In this document: positions 1 to 9,610 of the stretch, one piece after another
How positions within the stretch are numbered: position 1 is the stretch's first letter
Layout: every line of letters begins with the position of its first letter
Assembly: GCA_045597545.1 (NCBI GenBank)
Contig: JAZLKH010000011.1
Span: 1,284 to 65,283, forward strand
Source of the DNA: Fibrobacter sp.
GTDB taxonomy: Bacteria > Fibrobacterota > Fibrobacteria > Fibrobacterales > Fibrobacteraceae
DNA: 64,000 bases
Direction of reading: 5' to 3'
Notes under the pieces: generated by a model
Told to the model about the DNA's origin: nothing
Seen by the model: only the letters and a program-made list of their open reading frames with translations
Database searches by the model: none
Made by a program: the position numbers and the translations under genes

Positions 1-835
1 AGGAAAGGCCAAGGCCGCAACTGATGCCGTCATCCGTATCGGGGCGGATAGCGTAACCGGCCCTGAGGGCCAGCATGTCCAGGTAAAGGACCTCGCCGCC
101 AAAGAGGGCGTACATGTCCGTATCGGCGCGGCGGTAGAGGTCGACCGAGGCGTGAATGCTCCACTTGTCGCCAATGGGCAGCACTCCGGTGACGCCGGCC
201 TGCAATGCGACAGGGGCGGCCTCGCTTTCACCGTCGTAGTCGCCCATGTAGCCGAAATTCGTAAGGGTCGCCGCAAAGGCGAAGTAGCGGTTTACACGGA
301 AGGATCCGCCCACGTCGCCGAGAAGGGCAATGGCGGACTCGTCGTCGATGGTCTGCTGGGCAAAGCGCATGGTGGCAGCCCAGTTGAACACCTTGCCGCG
401 GCTGCCGAGGCCAGCCTGGACGCTCCAGGCAAAGGCGCCGTATTCCGAGGTCTCGTTGCCGTACTCGTCGCGCCCCTCGATGTTGTCGTAGCCCAAAAAG
501 TCCACCGTAGCGGAGGCGGCCACCTTGTAGCCGGCAATGCTGAAGGGCAGGCCGTAGTAGGCCGATACAAAGTTGTCGGCGCTGTGCTCGTCAAAAATCA
601 GCTGGTTGATGCCCAGTTCCGCATTCTCGGCGGTACTCATGGCCAGTGGGTTCCGGGAGACTTCGGAGACCCGGGCGGGGTCTGCGACGCCTGCGCCGGA
701 GAGGGCGGCGGATCGGGCTGAAACCTGCATGGAGAGAAATTTCATGGACACTCCGCCAAGGTCCACGTTCCAGTACTCGCCGGCGAGGGCGAGGGAACTC
801 ACAAAGGCGGTGGTGGCAAGAATTTTCTTCAACAT
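1..835 (-). CDS. PorV/PorQ-family (UPF0164-like) outer-membrane beta-barrel protein, runs off the left edge
   Basis: Own translation from ATG at 835: MLKKILATTAFVSSLALAGEYW...FLSMQVSARSAALSGAGVA...RNPLAM...LRAGY..., open to position 1. Signal peptide, AR-x-A-L-x-G-A and NP motifs, and alternating beta strands are typical of PorV/FadL-like barrels. Absent from the ORF track because there is no stop in the window. Confidence 0.7.
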   Translation of the reverse strand, partial: MLKKILATTAFVSSLALAGEYWNVDLGGVSMKFLSMQVSARSAALSGAGVADPARVSEVSRNPLAMSTAENAELGINQLIFDEHSADNFVSAYYGLPFSIAGYKVAASATVDFLGYDNIEGRDEYGNETSEYGAFAWSVQAGLGSRGKVFNWAATMRFAQQTIDDESAIALLGDVGGSFRVNRYFAFAATLTNFGYMGDYDGESEAAPVALQAGVTGVLPIGDKWSIHASVDLYRRADTDMYALFGGEVLYLDMLALRAGYAIRPDTDDGISCGLGLS

Positions 836-873
836 GTTTTTCAAAATACAAAATTTGACGCACGACGCCACGA

Positions 874-2460
874 TTAACGGCGCCAACCTTCCATAATCTT
901 AAGGCAATCGGCCAAAAGTTCGGCGGAACGGTCCTTGGCCTCGGTCTCCACGTAACAGCGGAATTCCGGGGCGTTGCCGCTGGGGCGCAGGTGAACGATG
1001 TCGCCGGAGTCGAACTCCATGCGGTAGCCGTCCACCTCGTTGATGCCGACAATCTTGCCCTGGAAGGCTGCAGGCTTGCCGTCGGCGCCCTTCTGGAACT
1101 TGGAGGGCTTTGCGGTAAGGGCGCCAAAGAGCTTTTCGCCCAGCTTCTGTTCGCGGATTTCGGCAAGCTTCGCCTTGGAAATGTCGGTGGGGAATTCCTT
1201 GAGGCGGTCGCTTACGGTAAAGCGCTTGGGGAGCTTTCGGAGCAGATCCACTACGCACATCTTCTGTTCGCGGACCATGACCATCACGGCAATCATGGGC
1301 AGCAAGGCGTCTCGAGTGGGAAGCGCCTTGAGGGTGCGCTTTACGGAGGAACCGTCACCCAGCTTGAATTCGCGAGTCAGGTCGGTCTGCAGCAGGAAAC
1401 CGCCGTTGGCCTCGTAGCCTGCGACGGACACGTCCGCGACGGCGCTTGCGGCGAGGCGGTCTTCTACGGAACCGGATGCGTCGCCTTCCATCAAGCTTTC
1501 CATGCCGGCGATCACATAGGGGGAACCGATGCGGGTGCGGCAGATCTTTTCGAAGCTGCCGGACTTTTCCAGGGAGGTGTTGCAGCTTACGGGAGTGGCG
1601 ATGCGCTTGATTCCGAGGGACTGGGCGGCAAGAATGCCCAGAACATCGCCACGGAGCCACATGCCGACATCATCGGCAAGGAGCGGTCGGTCGGAGTCGC
1701 CGTCGGTGCTGAAGATGGCGTCCACGAAATCCTTGTGGGCAAAGTCGCGGGCCAGTTCTTCGTCTTCTACGCGAATAGCCTCGGTATCCACGGGGATGAA
1801 GGTTTCGCTGCGGGCGAAGGGCTTTACCGTTGCGCCCAGGCTTTCCAATACACGGACGACGATGTCGCGACCCACTGCGGAATGCTGGTACACGCCGATG
1901 GTAAGACCGCTGAGAGCGTTACCGAAGAAGTCGGGGTAGCGCTTTACGTAGTTTTCTTCAGCTTCGACTTCTACGGCGGGGAGCTCGGGGGCAGCCTTCA
2001 GCATGCCGTCGGCACCGAACATGCTTTCGTCGAAGTCCACGCTCTGGCTTACGATGCCCTGTTCGTCGGCCTTGGTGATTTCGCCATTGGGATGGTTGAA
2101 CTTGATGCCGTTGCGGTCGGCGGGAATATGGGAGCCGGTCACCATGATGGTGGGCAGGTGCTTGTCGAGGCCATAGAGAGCGATTGCGGGAGACGGAATG
2201 CGACCGCAGTAGATTACCTTCCAGCCGGCATCTTCGCCTGCCTTTACAAGAGCCTTGAGGATGCGCTCGGTACTGGGGCGAAGGTCGCCTGCAATGGCGA
2301 TAGTGCGATCGCACTTGTAGCTAGCCTCGCAGTACTTGATAAAGGAGCGGGCGTAAACGTAGCACACGCGATCGGTCATGGCGCTTACCAGGCCACGGGC
2401 ACCGCTGGTACCGAAGGCCACACCGGACTGTTTCATCACATCTTGCATTGCAACGGACAT
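874..2460 (-). CDS. manB: Phosphomannomutase / phosphoglucomutase (alpha-D-phosphohexomutase)
   Basis: FGTSGARG, catalytic TGSHIP, metal loop DGDSDRP, GYEANGG, C-terminal HLRPSGNAPEFRCYVE. Confidence 0.92.
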   Translation of the reverse strand: MSVAMQDVMKQSGVAFGTSGARGLVSAMTDRVCYVYARSFIKYCEASYKCDRTIAIAGDLRPSTERILKALVKAGEDAGWKVIYCGRIPSPAIALYGLDKHLPTIMVTGSHIPADRNGIKFNHPNGEITKADEQGIVSQSVDFDESMFGADGMLKAAPELPAVEVEAEENYVKRYPDFFGNALSGLTIGVYQHSAVGRDIVVRVLESLGATVKPFARSETFIPVDTEAIRVEDEELARDFAHKDFVDAIFSTDGDSDRPLLADDVGMWLRGDVLGILAAQSLGIKRIATPVSCNTSLEKSGSFEKICRTRIGSPYVIAGMESLMEGDASGSVEDRLAASAVADVSVAGYEANGGFLLQTDLTREFKLGDGSSVKRTLKALPTRDALLPMIAVMVMVREQKMCVVDLLRKLPKRFTVSDRLKEFPTDISKAKLAEIREQKLGEKLFGALTAKPSKFQKGADGKPAAFQGKIVGINEVDGYRMEFDSGDIVHLRPSGNAPEFRCYVETEAKDRSAELLADCLKIMEGWRR

Positions 2461-2725
2461 ATAAACCTCACTTCAATTTTACAAGCAGAAGATAAAAAAA
2501 GAACAGCCACGTTCAAGCGACCATTCCCCATTTTTGTACAGATGAGCGCAACAAATACAGGGTAGTCATGCAGCCACCGCCCCATCCAAGCCATTTCACC
2601 ATCAAAAATGCCGTCTTTTTAAACAACATAATCAACAACCGTACATTTTCTATTTACAGGAAAAAACGTATTCGCGAGGAAAATTTCAAAACATTTTTCA
2701 TCACTTTATCTATGTTTAAATCGTT

Positions 2726-4246
2726 ATGAACTTGAAAACAAAAATTTTTATTACCCTAAGTCTTGCAGCCTGCATCCAGGCACAGGAACTATCCAACAGC
2801 GCGGTGACCGATTCATCCACTACTCCCGTAACAGAAGCATCCATTTCTACCGTAGCCGATTCCAGTGCGCTACCCGTTTCTACAGAAACAGCAACACAGG
2901 ACTCAATCGAAACCGCCACTGCTGAATCCACCTTGGATACAGCCGCCGTTGCCGCAGAGCCAGCTCCGGCAGAAAAGCCCAATGCAGCTCAGGATTCCGC
3001 AGCACTGGTCGCAAAATCAACGTTTATTCCAGACGAGCCTGCACAGGTTACCGAGAAGGCTGACTCCACAGCGGCACAAGCAGTTACGTCCGACACCGTA
3101 GCTGTAACGGAGACAACGCCAACAGCATCAGCAACGGCACAAGCGCCCACAAAGCACACCCTGGACATCCTCCATGGTAACGCCTATAACCAGGTCGGCA
3201 ACGAAGCCGCGGCTTCCACCATCAATGGAGACATGGTCATGCCCCACAAGATGCGCGGTCACAAGCTCGCCTACGTTGAACCTGCAAACGGATTCGGAAT
3301 TGTTTCCTTTGGCGAAACCAACACCTACTACTTCGCCTTTGACAACAGCAAGAAACTGGGACTTGTAACTGCAGGTTTCGCCTTCGACAAAATCGGTTTC
3401 TCCCTTAGCGCAGCCATAGGCAAGGACTGGGGATACTCAGAAAACAACAAGAACGATACGGAAACCACCTATATTTCCACTACCACAGGAACCAAAATCC
3501 AGGGTGCATTCTCCACCAGGATCGGCAGCTTTGACTTGGGAATCTCCGCCGTCTACGCCTACCCCACAACAAATCACTACTCAGATATCAACGACGAACA
3601 AATAGACATCAACGCCTGGGATGCCTATGGCAAGTTCACCATCGCCAACTCCAACAACAGCAAGTTCGCATGGTCCGCAAACTTGAGCTTCTTACGTCAC
3701 CAGGCCGATTCAACCATTACTCAGCAAAGCGTCTTTGTGGGTACCGACGGCAAGACGTACCTTTCTACACACAAGGCCGTCGTTACAGATTCATCTTCAC
3801 GCATAGAAGTTGTTCCTGAATTTAACTTCGGCAGCAACGTCCTCAAGTCGGAAAAGGCTCGCGTCTACATCGGCCTGAACACGACCATTCCCCTTGTGAC
3901 TTTTGACCGTATTAAAGGCATTGTCAGCCGCCACAACGAATACGGCGTGAAAATGGTCCCCAATATTTTCGGCGAAGTATCTTTCGGTAAGTACGTCATG
4001 GCCTATGGTGGAGCAAGCTACCAATGGAATGCCATCCAGCTTAAGGATTCCTACGTCAACGACATCGAACATACAGACGTCAAGACGGAATCCGGTTCCA
4101 CAACAGCAAGCGTCGGCATGCGCGTCCACTGTGATTACGCAGCATTGGAAATGACATTCACCAAGTTGTTTGTGCAAAATCCCTTCAGCTCCTTCTCTGA
4201 TACAGACGCCATCGGTGTCAGCATCGGCGCCTTCGTGAACTTCTAA
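2726..4246 (+). CDS. Secreted/outer-membrane protein with Ala/Thr/Ser-rich N-terminal linker and probable C-terminal beta-barrel
   Basis: Signal peptide, about 120-aa low-complexity linker, amphipathic beta strands, terminal Phe (GAFVNF). Confidence 0.65.
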   Translation: MNLKTKIFITLSLAACIQAQELSNSAVTDSSTTPVTEASISTVADSSALPVSTETATQDSIETATAESTLDTAAVAAEPAPAEKPNAAQDSAALVAKSTFIPDEPAQVTEKADSTAAQAVTSDTVAVTETTPTASATAQAPTKHTLDILHGNAYNQVGNEAAASTINGDMVMPHKMRGHKLAYVEPANGFGIVSFGETNTYYFAFDNSKKLGLVTAGFAFDKIGFSLSAAIGKDWGYSENNKNDTETTYISTTTGTKIQGAFSTRIGSFDLGISAVYAYPTTNHYSDINDEQIDINAWDAYGKFTIANSNNSKFAWSANLSFLRHQADSTITQQSVFVGTDGKTYLSTHKAVVTDSSSRIEVVPEFNFGSNVLKSEKARVYIGLNTTIPLVTFDRIKGIVSRHNEYGVKMVPNIFGEVSFGKYVMAYGGASYQWNAIQLKDSYVNDIEHTDVKTESGSTTASVGMRVHCDYAALEMTFTKLFVQNPFSSFSDTDAIGVSIGAFVNF

Positions 4247-4267
4247 ACAGGAACTCCTGCGATATCG

Positions 4268-4298
4268 AAAAGCTCCCGATTTTTTCGGGAGCCTTTTT
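4268..4298. terminator. Bidirectional intrinsic terminator
   Basis: AAAAGCTCCCGA-loop-TCGGGAGCCTTTTT between convergent genes. Confidence 0.7.
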
Positions 4299-4319
4299 GG
4301 TAGAAAACTTCTACTAGAC

Positions 4320-4880
4320 TTATACCATTGAATTAAGCGCCAGTATCTTGTCCTCGAAATCCTCAAGGCTGGCGGATACCACGAGAATCAACTTTTCCAG
4401 GTTGATGCGGTCGGGGATGGTGATGACATCGGGGAGATTTTCATCGGCGGCACCGGGAACCGAAGCGGCCTCGTCAATGACCTTTTCCAAGTCGACGAAG
4501 TAATCGTCGCCTAGCTGCCAGTAGCCAGCAGGCGTTGGCATGTGAACCATGTTGAATTCAAGATCCTCGCAGGCGGCAAGGATCCTTTCGTTGCTGCGAA
4601 GATTTGCAACCACCGTCGCCTGGGGAAATTTTTTGCGGATGGCTAGCAGCGTCTGGGCCATATAGGTGCTGCCGCCCATCTTGGGGGCGCGAACGTAACA
4701 GCAATCCTCCTCGACGCGTCGGATGCGCCCGGGGATATCGCAGACATCGGCCACGGAATCGCCGCCCTCCATATAGCCGATGTTCATTCCGATTTCAGGA
4801 AGGAGCTTGTAGATGTTAGCAGCCACCAAGCGGTCGGCGCATGCCTTCAGATTGTTGCAAAGAATGTCGCTCATGGGCAT
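4320..4880 (-). CDS. Stand-alone ThiN-like (archaeal-type thiamine-phosphate synthase fold) protein
   Basis: LLPEIGMNIGY...DVCDIPGRI...PKMGGSTYMA...ANLR...PDVI resembles the ThiN pattern LIPEVGxNI...DVAAxPGRI...PxFGASxHxA...NIR...PDVI. Start set at Met26 of the tracked ORF. Confidence 0.6.
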   Translation of the reverse strand: MPMSDILCNNLKACADRLVAANIYKLLPEIGMNIGYMEGGDSVADVCDIPGRIRRVEEDCCYVRAPKMGGSTYMAQTLLAIRKKFPQATVVANLRSNERILAACEDLEFNMVHMPTPAGYWQLGDDYFVDLEKVIDEAASVPGAADENLPDVITIPDRINLEKLILVVSASLEDFEDKILALNSMV

Positions 4881-5192
4881 GAAATATACAAAATCTCCAA
4901 AATAGTGTACCAAATCGCCCCGGCTACATTGTTCGGTGCAACAAAACACAGACAAATTAACGCAAATTTCAACAAAACCCGCATTTTTTCATGGTCTGAC
5001 GCGATCAAACACCCCCGTCCACCCGATTTACCGCCCCAAAACAAGCATTTTTTGCAAACTTCCGACATTTTTCGTTAATTTGTACACAAAACAGTGCACT
5101 AAACCGTCCTTTTCCGCTCCTTTAGTACACCATTTCGCCAGTTTTCACATTTCAAGGTCGCAAGGGCACTGCAATATTTTAGATTTGAGGCC

Positions 5193-6089
5193 ATGAGCGA
5201 AACCGTCGAAACAATCAAGTCGAAGCTTTTCAAGGACATCGCCCTTGTGCTAGAGGGGGGCGGCATGCGGGGCGCCTATTCCGCAGGCGTTTTAGACGCC
5301 CTGTACGATGAGGGGTTCAAGTTCGGCGGCTACGCGGGGACATCTGCCGGGGCGACCCACCTTTGCAACTACCTCTCGGAGCAGCGGGACCGCAACTTCC
5401 GCCTGGACACGATACACTCCAAGGATCCACGCTACATGAGCCTTGGCAACTGGATTCGCACCGGCAACTACTTCGACCTGGAATTCTGTTACCATACGGT
5501 GCCCGAAGTCATCGACCCCTTTGACTTTGACAAATTCCGCGAAAACGCCGCAGTCGCCGATTTTTACGTGGCAGCCAGCAACGTGGAAACCGGCGGAGCG
5601 GAGCACCTGATTGTCCACGACCTGCGAACGGACATGGATGCCATCCGAAGTTCATCGTCGTTACCGCTGATTAGCAGCCTGGTGCATTACCAGGGCAAGA
5701 AGATGTTCGACGGCAACATCGCCGACAGCATCCCCTTTGAATTCATGGATAGCATCGGTTTCAAGAAGCAGGTTGTCATCACCAGCCGCCATGCCGGCTA
5801 CAGGAAAACCGCCAACTCGCTCTTGCCCATTTACAAGCTGGTATATCGCAAGTATCCCAACTTCGTCAAGGCCGTAGGCGATCGCCACATCCGCTACAAC
5901 AAATGCCTAAAGACGTTGGCCGCCTGGGAAAAGCAGGGCAAGTCCTTCGTATTTCGCCCCAGCGTCAACATGAAAATCGACCGCGTCGAAAAGAACACGG
6001 CAAAGATAACCGCCCTGTACGCGCTGGGCTTAAGCGACGCCCGCAGGCGCATGGACGAACTGAAGAGATTTTTGGAAACCGCGGAGTAA
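5193..6089 (+). CDS. Patatin-like phospholipase
   Basis: LEGGGMRG oxyanion loop, GTSAG nucleophile, DG-like FDGNIAD. Confidence 0.9.
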   Translation: MSETVETIKSKLFKDIALVLEGGGMRGAYSAGVLDALYDEGFKFGGYAGTSAGATHLCNYLSEQRDRNFRLDTIHSKDPRYMSLGNWIRTGNYFDLEFCYHTVPEVIDPFDFDKFRENAAVADFYVAASNVETGGAEHLIVHDLRTDMDAIRSSSSLPLISSLVHYQGKKMFDGNIADSIPFEFMDSIGFKKQVVITSRHAGYRKTANSLLPIYKLVYRKYPNFVKAVGDRHIRYNKCLKTLAAWEKQGKSFVFRPSVNMKIDRVEKNTAKITALYALGLSDARRRMDELKRFLETAE

Positions 6090-6092
6090 ATA

Positions 6093-7457
6093 ATGAATCA
6101 CGAAGAACTTTCTCACATCAAGGGCAACCCCAAGGCACTTTTGCCTGTCGCCGTCTTTTTGGCGCTTTATCTTGGCCTCGGCATTACCTTCGAGTACATC
6201 CTCAAGGTGCCCATGGGATTCTACAATATCCCCATCGTCGCCGCCTTCCTGGTGGCTATTTTCGTCGCCTGCATTCAGAACCGCAAGCTTAATTTCGACA
6301 AGAAGATGAACGTGATGGCAGGGGCCATCGGCGACAAGAACGTGTTCCTTATGATCCTCGTATTCCTCTGCGCAGGGATCTTCGCGGGCATTTTGGGACG
6401 CTCCAGCGCATCGGCCGCAGCCTATCTGCTCCTGGACTTTGTGCCGGCGCAGTTTGCAGTGGTGGTGCTATTCATCGTGGCGGCATTCGTCTCTACAGCC
6501 ATGGGAACTTCCGTAGGCACCATCGCCGTGGTCTCGCCCATCGCCATGGAAGTCGCCGGCGTCTCTGGCTTTAGCGTTCCCTTCTGCATCGCCTCCGTGG
6601 TTGGCGGCGCCATGTTCGGTGACAACCTCAGCTTCATTTCCGACACAACCATCGCGGCAACATCTACCCAGGGTTGCAAGATGAAGGACAAGTTCAAGGT
6701 GAACTTCTGGATCGCATGGCCCGCAGCGTTAGCGACCATCATCATCATCGCCGCCATCTCCTTTGCAACAGACGCTCGCGAAATCGGCGAGAACTCCTAT
6801 AACCTTATAGCCCTTTCCCCCTATGCATTGGTGTTGGCCCTGGCCCTCTGCGGCATCAACGTTTTCGCAGTGCTCCTCATCGGAATCGTCGCCGCAAGCG
6901 TCGTGGTACTGGCCACCGGCTCCGTGAATTTCGTGGGCTGGCAGGGCAATGTGGGCAACGGAATTTCGGGCATGTACGAGACCATCATGGTGGCCGTTCT
7001 CGTCAGCGCCCTCTGCGGACTTATCCGCATGCACGGCGGTTTTGCCGCCCTCCTCGACTTCATCCACAAGGTTTTCAAGGGACATAAGAGCGGCCAGCTG
7101 GGCGTAGGCCTTCTAGTGAGCGCCATGGACGTAGCCACAGCAAACAACACCGTAGCCATCGTCATGGCCGCCCCCATCGCCAAGCAGATGAGCGACGAGT
7201 ACAGGATCTCACCGCAGAAGACCGCGTCCCTCTTGGACATCTTCGGATGCATTGTGCAGGGCCTGCTCCCCTACGGCGCTCAGATGTTGGTGGCCCTCGC
7301 TGCAATCTCCGCAGCCAGCGCCGCGCAGTCCGCCGCCGGCCAAGAAGTCGCAAACATCAGTGCCTTCGACATTATTCCGTTTATGTTCTACCCCTTCCTG
7401 CTGCTCATCAGCGTGCTGATCTTTATCGCCATCTCGCCGAAGAGGAAGATGGCTTAA
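6093..7457 (+). CDS. NhaC-family Na+/H+ antiporter (possible amino-acid transporter)
   Basis: Many TM helices, GTSVGT and GAMFGDNLSFISDTTI motifs. Confidence 0.85.
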   Translation: MNHEELSHIKGNPKALLPVAVFLALYLGLGITFEYILKVPMGFYNIPIVAAFLVAIFVACIQNRKLNFDKKMNVMAGAIGDKNVFLMILVFLCAGIFAGILGRSSASAAAYLLLDFVPAQFAVVVLFIVAAFVSTAMGTSVGTIAVVSPIAMEVAGVSGFSVPFCIASVVGGAMFGDNLSFISDTTIAATSTQGCKMKDKFKVNFWIAWPAALATIIIIAAISFATDAREIGENSYNLIALSPYALVLALALCGINVFAVLLIGIVAASVVVLATGSVNFVGWQGNVGNGISGMYETIMVAVLVSALCGLIRMHGGFAALLDFIHKVFKGHKSGQLGVGLLVSAMDVATANNTVAIVMAAPIAKQMSDEYRISPQKTASLLDIFGCIVQGLLPYGAQMLVALAAISAASAAQSAAGQEVANISAFDIIPFMFYPFLLLISVLIFIAISPKRKMA

Positions 7458-7528
7458 GATTCTCGCGAATTCAAGCCCGCAAGACAAAATTCTGCAACCA
7501 AGCCACAGAACTGCGACGATCAAACTAC

Positions 7529-7568
7529 AAAAAACCGGGGCTCATTCGCGAAGCCTCGGCATTTTTTT
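7529..7568. terminator. Bidirectional terminator
   Basis: A-tract, CCGGGGCT..AGCCTCGG, T-tract between convergent genes. Confidence 0.55.
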
Positions 7569-7586
7569 ACTGCGCGCCCGCCAAAC

Positions 7587-8414
7587 TCATTTGAGCGCTC
7601 CCTGGAAAGTTCCACAGAACGCATCAAAGTTCGAGACGTCGCGAGGACTGCAGTAAACCGCGAATTCCACCGCGGTAAAGCGCCTAGCGAAATCACCCAA
7701 AAGCCGCCTGTAGGCCTCGGCCACAATCTTCGGGTCGTTACCGAAGGCGCCGCAACCAAAGGCTCCCAGCACCAGAACGTCAACGCCGTTGGCCGCCGCC
7801 ACCGACAAGATCTTTCGACCACGACTCAGGTGGATGTCCAGCAATTCATTGGCTAGAATTTTCGCATACCGCAAATTCGGGGCGGCACAGGTGATCACAT
7901 CCACAGTGAACCACCCTTCCTGCGGCAAACGCTCCGGCAGCGCCGTATCGCTCTTGATCACTTTTACGCCCGGCGTGTAAATGCAGGCGTCGGTATATGT
8001 CGTATCGAAACGCTCCCGATGGAACCTGTAATAAGGTTTCCACAGGGCGTCATTTGCAAGGCAAGGGTAAAGGGTGGAGCAGCGGCAAAGGCATTCTTCC
8101 TGGGCGCCACTACCATGCACAACTCCTCCGCCCGGATTTGTTGCCGACGCAAAGTTCAGCACAGCCACCTTCTTGCCCGGATATTTTTTCGCAAGCTTGC
8201 CAGCCGCCTCGAAGGTACGATACTTTGTCACAGTCACCTCGCAAGCGCTCGCCTCAAGCGCCTCGGAAAATTCCGGCGTTTCGTCGGCACCATACAGCTG
8301 CGTCGCACCAATGGACTTTTCCAGGGCATCGCTCAGTTCCGGCGACTCCTGGATCATGCCGAGGGTATCCTTGAAGATTTCAACACGCTGCTCGTGTGCA
8401 TCTTTGTACTGCAT
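7587..8414 (-). CDS. TIGR02452/DUF2263 bacterial-type poly(ADP-ribose) glycohydrolase (macrodomain)
   Basis: VLNFASATNPGGG...AQEECLCRCSTL (PARG GGG-x6-8-QEE motif), IYTPGV, LVLGAFGCGAFGNDP. Confidence 0.88.
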   Translation of the reverse strand: MQYKDAHEQRVEIFKDTLGMIQESPELSDALEKSIGATQLYGADETPEFSEALEASACEVTVTKYRTFEAAGKLAKKYPGKKVAVLNFASATNPGGGVVHGSGAQEECLCRCSTLYPCLANDALWKPYYRFHRERFDTTYTDACIYTPGVKVIKSDTALPERLPQEGWFTVDVITCAAPNLRYAKILANELLDIHLSRGRKILSVAAANGVDVLVLGAFGCGAFGNDPKIVAEAYRRLLGDFARRFTAVEFAVYCSPRDVSNFDAFCGTFQGALK

Positions 8415-8512
8415 AAAAATTTCCTTATCTGTTTTCTTTATAATATCGCATCGGAAAGGAAAAATGTCAAGCTCCCAAATTTTTCACCCTGTTTTTATCT
8501 ATATCCCAATTG

Positions 8513-8662
8513 ACATAGTTCTGTAGTTGCGAAAGTGACTGCCGAACGACCGGTTTTAGAGTTATGCTCTTATTCTTGTGTCCTTTTAAAACGACCAACT
8601 TTTAACACACCAAGAATAGGAACAAAGGGGACTCATCCACATGGATGAGTTCTTTTTGGTAT
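8513..8662 (+). ncRNA. Candidate structured small RNA (motif shared with 51471-51746)
   Basis: ACATAG, GAAA-capped stem with G.U pairs, CGACCG, GAG..CTC hairpin, long stem, ACTCATCC/GGATGAGT hairpin. No ORF; ends at a terminator. Confidence 0.45.
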
Positions 8663-8696
8663 AAAGAAAAAGCCTCCCTCATGGGGAGGCTTCTTT
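8663..8696. terminator. Intrinsic terminator (bidirectional)
   Basis: AAAAGCCTCCC-TCAT-GGGGAGGCTTCTTT. Confidence 0.7.
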
Positions 8697-8713
8697 GCGG
8701 AACAATCGTAAGC

Positions 8714-9361
8714 TTAGTGAAGATCTTTCTTCTTGTAGTAGTACAGCTTCAGCTGGCCTATGGTCTGATCTTCGGTGGACTCTACCTTGATATCGGTTGC
8801 AAAGAACGGATAGATCGCATTGTCGCTATCCTTTGCGATGTACCAAGTTCCATCGGTTGCACCGAATATAGAGCTGCTGATTTCCGTATCTTCGTTGATT
8901 TCGAACATGCTCTTGCATACGGGAGTTTCTGTCGGCAGAGTGCCAGGCTTCAGGCCGGTGCTCAAGTCGGCTTCATAGACAGAAAGAAGCATGCTCCTTT
9001 CAAACATGACGGTATCGACATCAACGCGGAGCTCCAGGTGCTTGGGAATTTCGCCACCAGTCTTAAGGCTAATAGACTGCTGCGTATCGGAGTTGATATC
9101 ATTGGTCAGGATTGCAGAATCCAGCACCATTTCAATGCAGCGCGAAGAGGAAGAATTTTCGACGGAAGAGGACGACTTGGCAGAGGAAGAAGATCCCGGT
9201 TCGGTCGATTCGTCAGCATCGTCTTTTTGGTCATCGTCCTTTTGGATATCTTCGGAAGTTTCATCGTCGCTGGTACCAGAAGAACTATCGTCACCACAGG
9301 CGATAAGACCGAAGCCTGCCGCAAAAATGGCGGACCCAAGGAGAATTTTTTTGAAGTTCAT
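8714..9361 (-). CDS. Lipoprotein of unknown function
   Basis: MNFKKILLGSAIFAAGFGLIAC lipobox followed by Ser/Asp-rich linker; start at Met53 of the tracked ORF. Confidence 0.75.
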   Translation of the reverse strand: MNFKKILLGSAIFAAGFGLIACGDDSSSGTSDDETSEDIQKDDDQKDDADESTEPGSSSSAKSSSSVENSSSSRCIEMVLDSAILTNDINSDTQQSISLKTGGEIPKHLELRVDVDTVMFERSMLLSVYEADLSTGLKPGTLPTETPVCKSMFEINEDTEISSSIFGATDGTWYIAKDSDNAIYPFFATDIKVESTEDQTIGQLKLYYYKKKDLH

Positions 9362-9610
9362 ACAGTATTCCTTTTTTATGCGCACAATTGTTTTTTTCAC
9401 ACAATTGCACCCCCTAGAAATATTCAAAAAAAAAGGAAAAAGTCCACCACCATATTTGAAATAAGTAAAAAAAATATCACGACCATGGCATGAGTCTTTA
9501 TTGGAGCATCTAGTCATGGGCTATTGAATACTGAAATCCCAGCTCGGTGTCCGGAATAAAAATCGCCGAGGATTCTTCGCGGAATCTCGGCTTTTTCTAT
9601 CTTTCAGTTC

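Noticed and set aside
991-2565. Long antisense ORFs (also 12860-13945, 16281-17798, 23786-24799, 58044-59066, 60749-61666)
   Set aside because: Shadows of GC3-biased genes on the opposite strand with no recognisable motifs
8553-8592. GTTTTAGAGTTATGCT...TAAAAC resembles a type II-A CRISPR repeat
   Set aside because: Single 40-nt copy, no spacers or cas genes; better explained as part of the structured RNA motif
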